Assembly: GCA_050014495.1 (NCBI GenBank)
Contig: JBEKDF010000001.1
Coordinates: forward strand, 170,554 to 234,553
Direction: 5' to 3'
DNA length: 64,000 nt
Source: Candidatus Bathyarchaeia archaeon
Lineage (GTDB): Archaea > Thermoproteota > Bathyarchaeia > TCS64
Below the pieces are notes generated by a model. The model had not been told where the DNA came from. It worked only from the letters and a program-made list of their open reading frames with translations, and ran no database searches. The position numbers were made by a program, and so were the translations under genes. Below, in pieces: positions 1 to 10,017 of the stretch (its first letter is position 1; every line of letters begins with the position of its first letter).

Positions 1-200
1 CTATAGAAGAAGAAGGGATCATACTCATTGAGGTAGTCTCCCCATCTTAGTAGTAATACCCTGAGAATTATGGCTACGATGATGATGAGACCGAGGGCGG
101 TGATCTCTATTGCTGATGCCCTGCTTAGCCTTATGCTGTTTAGGAAACCACCGCTCGTTTCCGCTGTCTGCTTATCGGCGGTTTTCCCTTTCTCAGCCAT
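1..200 (-). CDS. aglB: Oligosaccharyltransferase AglB/STT3, N-terminal part (runs off window start; not in ORF track)
   Basis: Manual translation from ATG at 200: MAEKGK...AIEITALGLIIIVAIILRVLLLRWGDYLNEYDPFFFY. A TM helix followed by the STT3 E-x-DP-x-F-x-Y motif. Confidence 0.8.
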   Translation of the reverse strand, partial: MAEKGKTADKQTAETSGGFLNSIRLSRASAIEITALGLIIIVAIILRVLLLRWGDYLNEYDPFFFY

Positions 201-252
201 GAGTTTTCAACCATTAGGGTATTCCGCTTTTATTTAAGTAGCTATTGCTGAA

Positions 253-936
253 CTAGTTCCCCCAGTAAAGACGTGTTGCGAACTTGTGAGGGAGCCCTAA
301 AGCATCTATGGCTTCCGCTGTCACGTCTATGTTGTATTCAACACGCCTGTGCTCAACTCTTAGGGGTTCAGTTTCTAGGAGGATGTAACTCGCCCTAGGA
401 TCACCGTCACGAGGCTGGCCAACAGAGCCTGGGTTGAGCATGAGATGGCTATCATTCTCGATCATATAGGGGACATGAGTATGGCCGAGGATGAGTATAT
501 CTGAACCAGTAAGGCTTAGGAGGTTTTCGGCCTGAGTTTTAGCGGAATCTGGATATATGTAACTTGTCAGAGGCTCTGTAGGGCTCCCATGGTAGACGGA
601 AATCTTGTATCCATCGAGCTCAAGCTTAAGTTCTATTGGGAGCCTTCCAAGCCACCTCAAGCTAGCCAACGTTAACTTCGATCTGTTGATCTTTATTGCA
701 TCCTGAGCGTCATCATTGAACCAATCCGTTTCGATTGTGGCGACAGCGTTATCATGGTTCCCCAGAACGCATCTAAAGCCCTTGAAGTAGAGGCGGTCTA
801 TGCACTCTTCCGGGTTGGGACCGTAGCCAACTATGTCACCTGCAGAGATAGCGGCGTCCCAATGTCCCGCATCCTCGAGGACAGCTTCGAGGGCCACTAA
901 GTTACTGTGGATGTCAGAGACGACGAGGATCTTCAT
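253..936 (-). CDS. Calcineurin-like metallophosphoesterase
   Basis: SDIHSN, GDIVGYG, GNHD, HGSP, GHTH and NPGSVGQPRD motifs. Confidence 0.9.
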   Translation of the reverse strand: MKILVVSDIHSNLVALEAVLEDAGHWDAAISAGDIVGYGPNPEECIDRLYFKGFRCVLGNHDNAVATIETDWFNDDAQDAIKINRSKLTLASLRWLGRLPIELKLELDGYKISVYHGSPTEPLTSYIYPDSAKTQAENLLSLTGSDILILGHTHVPYMIENDSHLMLNPGSVGQPRDGDPRASYILLETEPLRVEHRRVEYNIDVTAEAIDALGLPHKFATRLYWGN

Positions 937-1003
937 CAGTTGTCGACGTTTATTCAGTTTCGTGTTGGATAGGCTTAACTCATGCTACGGCTACTTCGGA
1001 GTA

Positions 1004-1333
1004 ATGAGTCTAGCTTTCCGCGTCGAGAGTATAGAAATTGAGGGAAAGACCCTGCGATGCGGTGTGCTCGAGCTCGAGAACGCCGTCCTGGCGCTGTTCT
1101 GGGAGGGGGATGAGCCGAAATTGGGTTCAACCACGATGACCATCCCTGGCATGGCATCCTCCCCATTACTTGGAGATAGAGATCAACTCCTCGGCAGGGT
1201 ACTGGGGACACACCTCGCCGCCAAGTTTGGGAAGATGGCTCTAGTTTCCACACACGTCTCACGGGGATACAGTGAGGAAATAGGAAAAACGCTTCTCGAG
1301 CTAGCTAGGCGCTTTACGGAGGAGAAAAGTTGA
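1004..1333 (+). CDS. Small conserved protein, proteasome assembly chaperone 4 (PAC4)-like
   Basis: ATG at 1004 inside ORF 833..1333. 109 aa with KLGS..T.PG...SSPLLG...LAAKFGKMALVS pattern. Overlaps the next gene's start. Confidence 0.5.
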   Translation: MSLAFRVESIEIEGKTLRCGVLELENAVLALFWEGDEPKLGSTTMTIPGMASSPLLGDRDQLLGRVLGTHLAAKFGKMALVSTHVSRGYSEEIGKTLLELARRFTEEKS

Positions 1334-2673
1334 GCGACCTCAGAACATTCCTGAATCAACTTGAGGATAGGGAAGACCTAGTTAGGATCAAGGAGCCCCT
1401 CAGTCCTAATCTTGAGGTGGCCGCAGCGTTGCAGAGGTTCGACACTGGGAAAGCGCTGCTATTCGAGAAGGTTGAGGGCTTCGACACGAAGATTGTCGGA
1501 GGCGTCTGCGGGACACGTGAACGCATACTTTTTGGACTAGGGATCAATGCGAAGGAACTCTATCCCCGCCTTCAACAGGCGATTAAGAACCCAACTCGAT
1601 GCGATGTGGTGGAGAAGGGCACAATCAGTGATGTTGTCGAAAAGGGCGACCTGACCAAATTACCAATACTCACCCACTTCAACGGCGACCCAGGGCCATT
1701 CATTACCTCAGGGATACTCTACGCGAAGAGCCATGACGGAAATGTTGAGAATGTCAGCTTCCATAGACTCATGGCTCTGGACCCCCAGCGAATGACGATC
1801 AGGATAGTCCCGAGACACCTCCATAGGTTGACGCAGCTCGCCAGACAAGCGGGGAAGAAGACTCTGGACTGTTGCATTAGCGTTGGGCTCCACCCGGCTG
1901 TGATGCTCGCTGCAAGTCTCCCTACCAGCTGGGGGACGTGTGAGTATGACGTAGCTAATAACCTGCTTGAGGGTCAGCTTAGTTTGATTAGGTGTCCGCA
2001 TGTCGACGCTTTGGCTCCTGCCGACGCGGAGCTTGTTCTGGAGTGCCGAATCAGGCTCGATGAAGAGGTGGATGAGGGTCCGTTTGTGGATCTCTCTGGG
2101 ACCTTTGACGTGAGGCGTAAGCAACCTGTAGTGGAGCTGGTTGGGGTCATGCATAGGAAGGACTACTTATATCAAGCACTCTTACCGAGCGGAAGCGAGC
2201 ATATGCTTCTCATGGGGATTGGGCCAGAAGTCCGTATCTGGGAGTACTGTATGAACATAGTGCCCACTGTGAGGGGAGTTAATATGACCCTCGGTGGTAA
2301 CGGTTGGCTTCACTGCGTCGTCGCCTTCGATAAGGTAAGGGAGGGGGATCCGAAGAACGTCCTAATGGCCATGTTCGCTGCTCACCCCAGCCTAAAGCAT
2401 GCTGTGGTTGTTGACGGAGACATTGACCCAATGAATATGAGGGATGTTGAGTGGGCGATTGCAACTCGGTTCAGAGGCGATGAAGACCTACTCATAGTTC
2501 CCGGTGTCAGGGTAAGCAGCCTGGACCCAACCGCTGATCAGCAGACTGAGCTAGGGTGTAAGGTTGGGGTAGACGCAACGAGGCCTCTCGGCAAACCGAA
2601 GGAGAAGTTCATGAAGGCTGAGATAACAGTCCCTAATCGCGTCAGGAAGATACTTGACAGGTACTCGGGGTAA
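1330..2673 (+). CDS. UbiD-family prFMN decarboxylase, probable anhydromevalonate phosphate decarboxylase
   Basis: UbiD motifs (RHL, EGPF, AxxVVDxDI, WAIATR, SSLDP, DAT). Adjacent to both AcnX subunits. Confidence 0.85.
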   Translation: MSDLRTFLNQLEDREDLVRIKEPLSPNLEVAAALQRFDTGKALLFEKVEGFDTKIVGGVCGTRERILFGLGINAKELYPRLQQAIKNPTRCDVVEKGTISDVVEKGDLTKLPILTHFNGDPGPFITSGILYAKSHDGNVENVSFHRLMALDPQRMTIRIVPRHLHRLTQLARQAGKKTLDCCISVGLHPAVMLAASLPTSWGTCEYDVANNLLEGQLSLIRCPHVDALAPADAELVLECRIRLDEEVDEGPFVDLSGTFDVRRKQPVVELVGVMHRKDYLYQALLPSGSEHMLLMGIGPEVRIWEYCMNIVPTVRGVNMTLGGNGWLHCVVAFDKVREGDPKNVLMAMFAAHPSLKHAVVVDGDIDPMNMRDVEWAIATRFRGDEDLLIVPGVRVSSLDPTADQQTELGCKVGVDATRPLGKPKEKFMKAEITVPNRVRKILDRYSG

Positions 2674-2748
2674 ACAATATCTCTTATTATTTAGATATTT
2701 TCCCAAGAGGGTTTTTAGCGTTGCATCTTGCTGTTTTTGTGATATAGG

Positions 2749-3939
2749 TTGTATCTTACGAGGGAGGAGGAGCGTATGCTAGCCGGGGAGCAAGGACCTG
2801 GTATAGCGAAATCGCTTGAGCTGCTCATAGCTCTGGGTGAAGTCTTCGGTGCGCAGAAGCTGGTGCCGGTTGAGGGAGCCCACGTCTCAGGTGTAAGCTA
2901 CAAGAACCTCGGCGAAGCGGGGCTGGAGTGGCTTGAGGACCAGGCGAAGCTCGGTTCCAAGGTAAAGGTCAGGGCGACACTCAACCCAGCTGGGATGGAT
3001 TTAATCCGATGGAAGGAGATGAATATCCCGGAAAAATTTGCCGAAGGACAGCAACGCGTCATTCGAGCGTTTAAGATGCTGGGGATCGAGCCAACCTGCA
3101 CTTGTACCCCATACCTCGTGGGACACGTGCCAAGGTTCGGTGCCCAGATCGCCTGGGCAGAGTCCTCCGCCATCTGCTACTCGAACTCCGTTCTCGGAGC
3201 GAGGACGAACAGGGAGTCCGGACCAACAACCATAGCTAGCGCCATCACGGGCCTCACCCCCCTATATGAATACAGACTAGACGAGAATAGGCTCCCAGGG
3301 AAGCTAGTGGAGGTCGATGCGAAGCTCGAGGACCCTGTAGACTACAGCGCCCTCGGTTACGTCACAGGGAAGCTGGTGGGGAACGCGGTTCCATACTTAA
3401 GAGGGCTAGGAAGACCAAGTCTCGAGTCTCTTAAGACCATGGGGGCCGCCCTAGCTACTAGCGGCGGTGTCGCTCTATGGCACGGAGAAGGCGTCACACC
3501 CGAGGCCGAGAAGGTCAAACAACATCTTCGAGAGGTGGAGAGTTTCACCATCGAAGAGAAGGAACTTAAAGAGGCGCGGGAAAAGTTCACTTACGAGGTA
3601 ACTACCCCCGTGACCTGCATTGGTTGCCCTCATTGCAGCCTCTGTGAGGTTGGGGAGGTCGCGAATCTTTGCAATGGAAAAAAAGTAGGTGAAAAGCTCT
3701 GGGTCTTCACGAGTCGCGGCGTATACGCCGAAGCGGAGAGTATGGGCTACATAAGGCAGATTGAGGAAGCTGGAGGTAAGGTCTACTGCGACACTTGCAT
3801 GGTTGTTGCTCCTCTCAAGGAGATGGGATGGAAGGAGGTAGCCCTAAACAGCTTCAAAGGTGCTCAATACAGCGCCAATATGGGTCTCAAGACAAAGGTG
3901 GGAACAGCGAGGGAGTTAGTGAGGGAGGCTTTGAAGTGA
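2749..3939 (+). CDS. Aconitase X / phosphomevalonate dehydratase large subunit (DUF521)
   Basis: MYLTREEE start, AHVSGVSY, CTCTPY, WAESSA, GARTNRE, GCPH, DTCMVV. Confidence 0.9.
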   Translation: MYLTREEERMLAGEQGPGIAKSLELLIALGEVFGAQKLVPVEGAHVSGVSYKNLGEAGLEWLEDQAKLGSKVKVRATLNPAGMDLIRWKEMNIPEKFAEGQQRVIRAFKMLGIEPTCTCTPYLVGHVPRFGAQIAWAESSAICYSNSVLGARTNRESGPTTIASAITGLTPLYEYRLDENRLPGKLVEVDAKLEDPVDYSALGYVTGKLVGNAVPYLRGLGRPSLESLKTMGAALATSGGVALWHGEGVTPEAEKVKQHLREVESFTIEEKELKEAREKFTYEVTTPVTCIGCPHCSLCEVGEVANLCNGKKVGEKLWVFTSRGVYAEAESMGYIRQIEEAGGKVYCDTCMVVAPLKEMGWKEVALNSFKGAQYSANMGLKTKVGTARELVREALK

Positions 3940-4334
3940 TTCTAAAGGGGCGTAAGGTAGTGGGCGGTACTGCTGAGGGCGAAGCTCTGGTTAGTATTGA
4001 TCCCGTCAGCTTTTATGGTGGTGTAGACCCCGACACTGGCATCATTACGGAGCAGGACCACATATGCTATGGCAGGAGCATTTCGGGGAAGGTCTTCGTA
4101 TTTCCTACCGGGAAAGGCAGCACAGTCGGAAGCTACGTCATTTATAGGATGAAGAAGCAAGGCACAGCTCCTGCTGCAATAGTGAACATTGAGACCGAGG
4201 CCATCCTCGCCACAGGCTGCGTTATCTCGAGCATCCCCCTGGTAGATCATCTTGATACCGACCCCCTCGAGGCTCTGAAGACGGGGATGAAGCTCCGTGT
4301 AGTCGGTGATAAGGGATGGGTTACAACGATTTAG
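3936..4334 (+). CDS. Aconitase X swiveling subunit / phosphomevalonate dehydratase small subunit (DUF126)
   Basis: GTG start overlaps the upstream stop (GTGA). SFYGGVDP and GKGSTVGSY motifs. Confidence 0.9.
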   Translation: MILKGRKVVGGTAEGEALVSIDPVSFYGGVDPDTGIITEQDHICYGRSISGKVFVFPTGKGSTVGSYVIYRMKKQGTAPAAIVNIETEAILATGCVISSIPLVDHLDTDPLEALKTGMKLRVVGDKGWVTTI

Positions 4335-4385
4335 TACTAATTCTAGGGGCAACCGATTTATCGCCTGACGTCGATGTAGGTTCAA

Positions 4386-5528
4386 ATGGATTTTAAGAGG
4401 CGGCTCACCGGGCTCCAGGCAAAGATGGAGGAGCAGGGACTGGATCTTGTGGTCTATGGAGGTAGCCCGGACCTCCAGTACCTGACGGGTGCTAACCTGG
4501 AGTGGCGTCGCGGGAGGGACCTTCTTCATCCCCAAGATAATGTCTTTGTACCCCGCCAGGGTGAGCCCATCCTCACCATCAACAACGAAAATCATGGCCA
4601 AACGCAGGGAACTTGGATAAAGGATGTCCGCTACGCCGAGACGGCACAACCCTATGGGGATCTCATTAAGAAGATTATCATGGACCTCGGCGTTAAAACA
4701 GGACGTATAGCTATAGGCGATTTCTGCTGGGGAAGCACAAGCCTAGAGATTGCAAAAGCCTGCGCTGGATCACGTTTCCGCGTCGGTGAGGGACTCCTCG
4801 ACCAGATCAGGATGATAAAGGAACCCGAGGAGGTGGCTAAGCTGAAAAAATCTGCGGAGGTTACCGAGTCAGTGATGACACTCATCTACCCACGTATAGT
4901 GGAGGGACTCACACAGAAGAATCTACAAATAATGATGGAGATGATGGGCAGGGGACTCGGGGCAACAGACACGAGTTTCCCACCAACAGGAGGCTACCTC
5001 AAGACAGGAACCATACCATCTGACGACCCCTTCATCTATCCAAAGGAGGCCGGTCTCACGAAGGGGACGAGCATAGCTTTCGACTTCGGCCTCGTCGTCG
5101 ATGGTTACTGCAGTGACTGGGGAAGGAGCCTCTATTACGGGCAGCCACGCTCCGACATACTTCAAGCGTATCAAGCACTTCAGCTAGCTGTCGTTCAGGC
5201 GGGGGACGTTGTGGGAAGCGAGATAACCCACCTATGCGACTTCTATCCTTATATTGAGAAGGCACTTGACAAGCAGGGATATGGCAACTTCCTAAGGAAC
5301 AGGCTGAAGACGGGCATAATCGGCCACCAGATAGGCGTCGAGGTCCATGAGGACCCCTGGCTCAAACCGGATGCGACTCAATTACTAGTAGAGGGTATGG
5401 TCTTCTGTCTAGAGCCGAAGCTGTGGAGCAAAGGAGAGTACTACCTCAGAGTCGAGGACATGATCCTGATTAGTAACGGGAAAGCGGAGTTTCTTACAAC
5501 ATCAAGCAGAGACCATTTCCAGGTCTAG
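4386..5528 (+). CDS. M24-family Xaa-Pro aminopeptidase-like protein
   Basis: RMIKEPEE, DFG...GYCSD, GHQIGVEVHE, EP, RVEDM. Confidence 0.85.
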   Translation: MDFKRRLTGLQAKMEEQGLDLVVYGGSPDLQYLTGANLEWRRGRDLLHPQDNVFVPRQGEPILTINNENHGQTQGTWIKDVRYAETAQPYGDLIKKIIMDLGVKTGRIAIGDFCWGSTSLEIAKACAGSRFRVGEGLLDQIRMIKEPEEVAKLKKSAEVTESVMTLIYPRIVEGLTQKNLQIMMEMMGRGLGATDTSFPPTGGYLKTGTIPSDDPFIYPKEAGLTKGTSIAFDFGLVVDGYCSDWGRSLYYGQPRSDILQAYQALQLAVVQAGDVVGSEITHLCDFYPYIEKALDKQGYGNFLRNRLKTGIIGHQIGVEVHEDPWLKPDATQLLVEGMVFCLEPKLWSKGEYYLRVEDMILISNGKAEFLTTSSRDHFQV

Positions 5529-5563
5529 GAAGGATTTTATCGCCACTCGCCATTTTTCCATCG

Positions 5564-6166
5564 ATGGCTCCGACTGGGTGGTTCATAGTCTTCGAGGGCG
5601 TTGACGGAAGTGGCAAGAGCACACAGATCGACCTCTTGAGTATGAAGCTAAGGGACCAGGGTATCGATCATATACTTGAGAGGGAGCCTAGCGACGGTAG
5701 CATAGGACGTTTCATACGTCACTATGCGGAGGCGGGAGATAGGTACCTTAGCCCTGAGGCAGAGGCTCTTCTCTTCACCGCGGATAGGTTCGAGCACAGC
5801 AAACGCATCTCTCAGATATTGGACCAAGGCACCACTGTGATCTGTGACAGGTATTACCACTCAACTCTTGCATATCAGGGAGCGGCGGGCGTAGAGGTGG
5901 CTTGGCTCCGTGACCTGCAGAAGTTCGCTCTGAAACCGGACCTCATATTGCTACTAGATGTTGACCCTGATAAGAGTCTCATGAGAGTTTCTGGGAGGAC
6001 CCTTACTGTGTTCGAGAACAGAAGCTACTTGAAGAGGGTTAGGGACCTTTACTTAGGGTTCGCCGAGGAGGGGGAGATGAGACTCGTCGACACGAGTCGT
6101 CCCGTTGATGAAGTTGAGGCAGAGGTACAGAGGCTCATCGCGGCCCTTATGGGATTGAAGCTTTAG
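5564..6166 (+). CDS. tmk: Thymidylate kinase
   Basis: FEGVDGSGKST P-loop, REP, DRYYHSTLAYQG. Confidence 0.93.
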   Translation: MAPTGWFIVFEGVDGSGKSTQIDLLSMKLRDQGIDHILEREPSDGSIGRFIRHYAEAGDRYLSPEAEALLFTADRFEHSKRISQILDQGTTVICDRYYHSTLAYQGAAGVEVAWLRDLQKFALKPDLILLLDVDPDKSLMRVSGRTLTVFENRSYLKRVRDLYLGFAEEGEMRLVDTSRPVDEVEAEVQRLIAALMGLKL

Positions 6167-6501
6167 GGTTTCTTCGATTTTAACCTGGCTAGGGTGTCGA
6201 GTAGGGCTGTAATCGTCTCAGTCAACTCCTTTATCTCGGATAGTTCCGATGCGTTATCGAGTCGCTGCTGGAGGAGATTGAGCTTATTCTGGAGGGTCTT
6301 CTCGAGGCTTGCCTCCTGTTTGACACTCTCCGGGCTCTCACCCTCTTTCAATAATTTCACCTCGCGTTTTTCCCGTGGACAGAATAGTTCACCTGTTTTG
6401 AGTTGGAATAATGGAGCCCCGCATTCGGGGCAGTTTGTGCTAAGCATCTTCGCGCCTTGGCGGAGCATCTCCGCCATCTCCTTCATACCCTGTTCCGTCA
6501 A
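6163..6501 (-). CDS. UPF0148 / SSSCA1-like Zn-ribbon protein
   Basis: MAEMLRQGAKMLSTNCPECGAPLF...FCP followed by a coiled coil. Confidence 0.8.
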   Translation of the reverse strand: MTEQGMKEMAEMLRQGAKMLSTNCPECGAPLFQLKTGELFCPREKREVKLLKEGESPESVKQEASLEKTLQNKLNLLQQRLDNASELSEIKELTETITALLDTLARLKSKKP

Positions 6502-6663
6502 CTTATTTTAGCCTCAGCAAATTGCCGTTTAGGATTATGGAGTATTTCATTAGGGTTATCTTGACTTTCCCCGCTGAGTCACTCCGAGTGCGATTATAAG
6601 TGTTATGAGGGAAGGAATAATGCTTATCATTCCGTCATGCGAATCAAGATGAGGAATTATTGC

Positions 6664-7587
6664 TTGAAAGTCGTCGAGAACGCTCTCGAACTCATCGGCG
6701 ACACACCGATGATCAAGCTCAGCTTCCCTGAGGAAGACACTGTCATCTACGCCAAGGTAGAGTATCTTAATCCGAGCGGCAGTGTGAAGGACAGAATCGC
6801 TCGTTACCTCATTACGGAGGCGGAGAAGAGGGGGGAATTGAAGCCCGGTTATACCATCGTCGAGGCGACGAGTGGTAATACAGGCATTGCTTTCAGTTGC
6901 GCCGCTGCAGCGAAGGGTTATAAAATGATTGTAGTTATGCCTGAGACTGCGAGCGTGGAGCGCCGCACAATCATGAAGCACTACAACGCTGAAGTCATTC
7001 TCACACCGGCTAAGGATTTTATTGCAGGTGCTGTGAAAAAGGCGGCCGAGATCGCTAAGAGGCCAAAACACTGGGCCCCATGCCAGTTTGATAATAACGA
7101 CAACGTCCGAGCACATGAAATGACGACGGCCCAGGAGATATTAGGGCAGGTACCTGAGGGAAAGGTCGACGCTTTCGTCGCTGGTATCGGCACAGGTGGC
7201 ACTCTGATGGGTGTCTCTAACGTTCTCAGGAGGAAGAATCCTGGCCTCAAGGTTTACGCTGTCGACCCAATAGGTAAAAATGTCGAGGGGGACGTCGAGC
7301 CCCTAAAGTGCGCGGAGCACAAGGTCGAAGGCATCGGTGATGGCTTCATTCCATCAATCACCGATGTAAAGATCATCGATGAGGTCATACAGGTTACTGA
7401 TAGAAACGCTATCGCTACAGCGCAGATGCTCGCCCGTAAGAAGGGCCTCTTCGTCGGTAACTCCAGCGGCGCATATGTCTGGTGTGCCCTTCAAGCAGCG
7501 AAAAAATTGGGCAAAGGGAAGGTCGTGGTTACGCTCCTCCCTGATAGCGCCGACAGATATTACAGTACAGACCTCTTTAAGGAGTGA
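6664..7587 (+). CDS. cysK: PLP-dependent cysteine synthase family protein (probable O-phosphoserine sulfhydrylase)
   Basis: NPSGSVKDR, EATSGNTG, GIGTGGT, EGIG. TTG start after GAGG (alternative start 6637). Confidence 0.85.
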   Translation: MKVVENALELIGDTPMIKLSFPEEDTVIYAKVEYLNPSGSVKDRIARYLITEAEKRGELKPGYTIVEATSGNTGIAFSCAAAAKGYKMIVVMPETASVERRTIMKHYNAEVILTPAKDFIAGAVKKAAEIAKRPKHWAPCQFDNNDNVRAHEMTTAQEILGQVPEGKVDAFVAGIGTGGTLMGVSNVLRRKNPGLKVYAVDPIGKNVEGDVEPLKCAEHKVEGIGDGFIPSITDVKIIDEVIQVTDRNAIATAQMLARKKGLFVGNSSGAYVWCALQAAKKLGKGKVVVTLLPDSADRYYSTDLFKE

Positions 7588-7596
7588 CCACGAGTC

Positions 7597-8466
7597 TTGG
7601 GGAGTAGTGGACATCGTGGATTCGTGATCACACATGAGAATTACTCCTTCGAGATCATCTTGGAGGAGTTAGATAATCTACATATCCACGAAGAGATTAT
7701 CCCCGAGAAGATGGAGGAACTTGTCGAAAAGATACCACATGACGGCGTATGGATTCACCCTATTATTGTTGACAGAAAAAGCCTCGTTGTTCTTGATGGT
7801 ATGCATAGGGTCGCTGCTGCAAAGCAAATCGGTTACCATTACATCCCCGTCTGCTTGGTCGATTACAACAACCCAGGAGTCCACATCGGTTGCTGGTATA
7901 GAATGTTCAAGAATCTAAGCGCGATAAAGGAGGCCTCAGTAGTGCTACGGGAGGCAGATCTTAATCCGGAGGAGAAAACATACAGCGAGGCTAAGAGCCT
8001 CGTCGAGGAGCGCGAAGCTGTCACAGCTATATTTTCGAATTCTTGGAGCCTCGTAGGCCTCGGCTCAGCACGGGACATCAATGAAAGGTATGAAATCATC
8101 AAAAGGATCGAGCACCGAATACAGGCGAGGGGTCACCATATGGGATATAGCACCGACAGCGACGCTTCAGCACGCATCTCCTCTGGAGAGTACTCAGCAG
8201 GTCTTATGACCCCAACTGTCACCAAGAGGGAGGTTGTTGTGACAGCTCTCAAGGGTATAGTATTCAGCCAAAAAACCACGCGCCACATTATTCCAGCTAG
8301 GCCAATGTTTGTTGCCGTACCGACCGAATGGCTAAAAGGTGATCTAACTCCCGAGGAGGCGAATCATCGCCTTCGGAAGCACCTCAACTCGAAGAGGGTA
8401 GAGAATCTCCCCCCGGGTCAAATTCTCGATAGGAGATACGACGAGGAGCTATACATCTTCAAGTAG
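7597..8466 (+). CDS. serK: ParB/sulfiredoxin-fold free-serine kinase SerK-like protein
   Basis: H-E-E, PIIVD..DGMHR, VDY..GVHIGCWY and C-terminal VFSQKTTRH resemble Thermococcales SerK as recalled. Lies 9 nt after the cysteine synthase. Confidence 0.7.
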   Translation: MGSSGHRGFVITHENYSFEIILEELDNLHIHEEIIPEKMEELVEKIPHDGVWIHPIIVDRKSLVVLDGMHRVAAAKQIGYHYIPVCLVDYNNPGVHIGCWYRMFKNLSAIKEASVVLREADLNPEEKTYSEAKSLVEEREAVTAIFSNSWSLVGLGSARDINERYEIIKRIEHRIQARGHHMGYSTDSDASARISSGEYSAGLMTPTVTKREVVVTALKGIVFSQKTTRHIIPARPMFVAVPTEWLKGDLTPEEANHRLRKHLNSKRVENLPPGQILDRRYDEELYIFK

Positions 8467-8610
8467 ATGGTACCTACTTATCGAACTTTTCTAAAGCGCG
8501 CGCGCATGCGAAGATGATTTAGATATAAAGGTAGCTTGATAAAAGGTAATTGGATAACCATTAGGATATGCAGATTATGTCTAGACTGGAGAATTTAGGA
8601 AAAAATCACT

Positions 8611-9924
8611 CTATATCTTCATCTTATTGAGCTTGCCCTCAATGACCTCCATACCCAAGTACTTCTGGAGTGCCTTAGGCACCTTAATAGTACCATCAGC
8701 TTGCTGGTACTGCTCCAATATCATGATCATTGTCCTGGAGGTCGCAAGAGCAGTGTTATTGAGGGTATGAACGAAGCCCATAGGAGCCTGCCCTTCCTTC
8801 ATCCTATATCGGACATTCAACCTCCTAGCCTGGTAGTCGGTGCAATTTGAGTTGCTCCCCACTTCCCTGTACTCCCCATCAGCCATCCACGCCTCGGTGT
8901 CGTATTTCTTCGCAGCGATGCTGCCAATATCGCCTGTGCAGACGTTCACGACCCTGTAGTGGATGCCGAGGCCCTCGTAGAGTGCTTCGCTATTCCTCTG
9001 CAGCTCCTCATGGAGAACCCAGCTCTGCTCAGGAAGGCAGAAGATGAACTGCTCGATTTTGTTGAACTGATGGACGCGGAAGATGCCCTTAGTGTACTTG
9101 CCGTGACTCCCTATCTCCCTACGGAAACAGGGTGAGACGCCGCACATCTTGATGGGTAGTTGATCCGCGGTTAGGGTCTCATCCTTAAGCATAGCACCCA
9201 TCGGGTGCTCGGATGTAGCGATTAGGTATAGTGGGTCTTTGATGTTCTCTGAGTCGTCGATCCGATACATCACATTTTCGAAGTCGTTGAGGTCGGTTAC
9301 CCCCTCATAGAAGCTTCTCCTGATCATGTATGGTGGCTCTATGAGGCTATACCCTCTGCTGAGGAGGAGGTCCATTGCATACCTCATCACAGAGTAGTCG
9401 AGGAGAGCCAGTTCATTGCGCAAGTAATAGAATCCGGTTCCAGTGACTTTGGCAGCCCTCTCGAAGTCGGCTATTCCTAGGGACTGGGAGAGGTCGGCGT
9501 GACTACTTGGCAAGAAATCGAATTTCGGCGGCTCCCCCCAGACCTTTACAACAACATTATCTTTGTCATCCTTCCCGTAGGGCACCGACTCGTGGAGGAG
9601 GTTGGGCAGCCTCATGAGGCCATTCTTAACGAAAACCTGCCTCTCTTCTAGCTCGGACTCGATTACTTTGATCTCCTCGGGGATTCTACTAGCCTCGAGT
9701 TTCAGAGAAGAGGCATCCTTCTTGGCCTTCATAACCTGGGCTATCTCCTGGCTGACCTCATTCCGCCTCTTGCGGAGTTGGTTCACCTTAGTTGTCAACT
9801 CGCGCCACCGCTTATCTGCGGTGATAACCTGGTCGAGGAGCTCCAACTTCTCTGGCTGCTGCCTCCTCTCTAGGTTAGCGCGCACCATCTCAGGATTCTC
9901 CCTGATCAGCTTAATATCAAGCAA
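8611..9924 (-). CDS. serS: Seryl-tRNA synthetase
   Basis: MLDIKLIRENP, N-terminal coiled coil, ATSE, CFRRE, RVHQF, SNCTDYQARR, HTLN. Confidence 0.96.
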   Translation of the reverse strand: MLDIKLIRENPEMVRANLERRQQPEKLELLDQVITADKRWRELTTKVNQLRKRRNEVSQEIAQVMKAKKDASSLKLEASRIPEEIKVIESELEERQVFVKNGLMRLPNLLHESVPYGKDDKDNVVVKVWGEPPKFDFLPSSHADLSQSLGIADFERAAKVTGTGFYYLRNELALLDYSVMRYAMDLLLSRGYSLIEPPYMIRRSFYEGVTDLNDFENVMYRIDDSENIKDPLYLIATSEHPMGAMLKDETLTADQLPIKMCGVSPCFRREIGSHGKYTKGIFRVHQFNKIEQFIFCLPEQSWVLHEELQRNSEALYEGLGIHYRVVNVCTGDIGSIAAKKYDTEAWMADGEYREVGSNSNCTDYQARRLNVRYRMKEGQAPMGFVHTLNNTALATSRTMIMILEQYQQADGTIKVPKALQKYLGMEVIEGKLNKMKI

Positions 9925-10017
9925 CTACAGTCACGCAAACAAACAGAAGCCACTTGGTGAATTTAGAAGTTAGGATCCGGGCATGGTTTATTATCCACTG
10001 ATCCCGATGAATCACCG

